Source of the DNA: Chiloscyllium plagiosum
Lineage: Eukaryota
DNA length: 64,000 bases
NCBI RefSeq assembly: GCF_004010195.1
Contig: NC_057725.1
Span: 57,533,757 to 57,597,756 of the forward strand
Reading direction: 5' to 3'
The notes under the pieces were generated by a model. It did not search any database, was not told where the DNA came from, and was given only the letters and a program-made list of their open reading frames with translations. Positions within the stretch are counted from its first letter, which is position 1. Each line of letters starts with the position of its first letter. The position numbers and the translations under genes were made by a program. This document shows, piece after piece, positions 61,947-64,000 of the stretch.

Positions 61947-62195
61947 TGGGTGGCATGGTGGCTCAGTGGTCCAGGCACCTGGGTTCAATTCCAACCTCGG
62001 GCGACTGTCTGTGTGGCGTTTGCACTTCCATTTTGTGTCTGCGTGGGTTTCCTCTCACAGACCAAAGGTGTGCAGGTTGGGTGGGTCACGATTACAATTC
62101 CATGAGGTGTCACCGAGATGGGGATGTTCTTTGGAGGGCTAGTGCAGAGTCAGTGGGCCGAATGGCCTCTTTCTGCTCCGTAGGGATTCTATAGA
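61947..62195 (+). mobile_element. Diverged HE1-type SINE
   Basis: Head, V-domain and tail. Confidence 0.75.
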
Positions 62196-62581
62196 AGAGT
62201 TTATATAATAATTTACTGTTGCGTTTTACAATGACTTTTACATCCAAACCTTGGGCCTTCGCTCTAAACAAAAAAAAACTAACTCAACGAGATGCAAGTT
62301 GATAAATTGGGAAACTATATTAAAACTACATTAAAACTATGTAAGAAAAGGCAAGCAATGGTTAGCATTTAAAGAGTTAATAAATAATTTGCTATGAACA
62401 TGTATTCATTTAAGATGCAAAGACTGCATGGAAAGCATAAGTCAATTGATGTTAATGAGAGGAGTTAAAGATAGTATAGATCAAACAGAAAGGCTTATAA
62501 TGTTGTCAAAAAGAATAGTAAGTCCAAGGATAGGAAGCTTGTTTTGGTAAAGCAAGAAGAAAGACAAAATGCGAGCGTAAA

Positions 62582-62862
62582 TGGTGGCTCGTGGTTAGCA
62601 CTGCTGCCTCACAGCACCAGGGTCCCAGGTTTGATTCCAGGCGATTGTCTGTGTGGAGTTTGCACATTCTCCCTGTGTCTGTGTGGGTTTTCTCCCACAC
62701 TCCAAAGATGTGTAGATTATGGTGAATTGGTCATGCTAAATTGCCCATAGTGTTAGGTGCATTAGTCAGAGGGAAATGTGTCTGGTTGGGTTACTCTTCG
62801 GAGTGTCGGTGTGGACTGGTTGGGCCAAGGGCCTATTTCCAAACTGTAGGTAATCTAATCTC
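62582..62862 (+). mobile_element. HE1-type V-SINE
   Basis: Head, V-domain and tail with aatct repeats. Confidence 0.85.
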
Positions 62863-62879
62863 AACCTTTCATAAGAACA

Positions 62880-63660
62880 TAAGATGAACGTACTTTCTAT
62901 ATGTATATGCTCAAGAAGAGATTGGTGAAAGTGAACCTGGGCCCATTAGTGGCCAAGCCAGAAGAATTTACAGTGGAGAATAAGAAAGTAGCAGGGACCT
63001 TTAGACAGGTACTTTGTCTGAGTTCACAGTTTAAGACAAAAAGCAATCGTGAAATAATGGAGAGTCAAGGGTCTGGTGAGAATGAAAATGTTAGTGTAAG
63101 GAAGGAAATAGTATGGGAGAAATTATCGAGATGAAGTGACGCTAAATCCAGTGGACCTGATGACTGACATCCTGGGGTTTTAAAAGAGAGACCTGTAGAG
63201 ATAGTGGGTGTTATTGGTTTTCATCTTTGAGAATTCTGAATTGGAAGGTAGTAAGTCTATAACCCAGCTGTTTAACAAAGGAGGGAGAGGGGAAACTGGG
63301 GACAGGTAGGCCGGTTAACCTAATCTCATTATAAGGCATGTAGAAAATCGTGGTAAGATTGAGCAGAGTCAGCACAGGTTTATGAGGGGATATTATTTTT
63401 GATGAATTGAATATATAATGAATTTTTTTTGAGGATGCTACTGATGTGGTTGAGCCAGGGGATTGAGCATAATTGGACTTCCAAAAAACATTTGATTCAG
63501 TCCCATGCAGGAGTTGACAACACTAAAATTAGGAGGTTTTGGGATTGGAAGTAATAAATTTGCAAGACTTAAAGTTTGGCTAATGAGCCAAACAAGCACA
63601 GAGTAGGAACAAATGGGACATTTTTGGGTTACCAGCATGTAACTAGTGGGATAAGAATCA
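62880..63660 (+). mobile_element. Old CR1 ORF2 internal fragment (pre-RT and RT N-terminus)
   Basis: Remnants of KSSGPD..HPGVLK, LFNKGGR, SQH.F and LDFQK.FD.VP, with frameshifts. Confidence 0.7.
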
Positions 63661-64000
63661 CGTACTTTGACCTCATTACTTTATAAGCTGTATTATCAAT
63701 ATAGACTCAGTCCCCTTAACTGAGTTTGCTGAAAGTAAACAGTGAGGATGATACAAAGCACTGAACAGCTCTTTTGAGGCTGTGTGAGCACCACTGCGGA
63801 TGGAATGCAATAAACTGAAGTGTAAAGTTACCCATAATAAAACTAAATTACTGCAGATGTTGAAGCTCTGCAATAAAAACAAAGTGCCGGTTCACACTCA
63901 GCAGGTTGGCAGCTTCTATGGAGAGAGAAACAGAGTTAATGTATCACGTCCAATATGAGTCATTTTCAGGACAGAGTTCTAATACAGGGCTGTATTACAA

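Noticed and set aside
60295-64000. PKP3 terminal exons
   Set aside because: No matching phase-2 exon with the expected L.NLW.Y motif was found; the region is repeats, so these exons are presumably downstream.

Overview
This is eukaryotic genomic DNA, almost certainly from a shark. That assignment is inferred from the repeat content: HE1/V-SINEs sharing their 3' tail with CR1/HER1-type LINEs, Deu-domain SINEs, Rex1/Babar LINEs and Penelope-like elements. It holds one protein-coding gene on the + strand, plakophilin-3 (PKP3). I reconstructed 11 coding exons by hand from ATG 23268 to 60294 (2396 nt, 798 codons plus 2 nt), with GT-AG boundaries and phases that join up. Exons 2 and 9 are missing from the ORF track, and the last exon(s) lie beyond the window. 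The first ~23 kb is intergenic, and it and the introns are dense with retroelements. There is an 817-N assembly gap at 42790-43606. The most notable non-genic signals are: (i) minimal hammerhead-ribozyme-like cores (CUGANGA-A-stem II-GAAA-palindrome-UH) in two Penelope-type families, including a ~96-bp TSD-flanked mini-element; (ii) TSD-flanked palindromic Penelope insertions, two of them at nearly the same position in neighbouring HE1 SINEs; (iii) a ~160-bp, ~92% identical inverted repeat in PKP3 intron 1 that matches no repeat I recognise; (iv) a tandem array of 5' splice-site motifs just upstream of the PKP3 ATG. Repeat boundaries are approximate, and family names come from recognition, not database searches.
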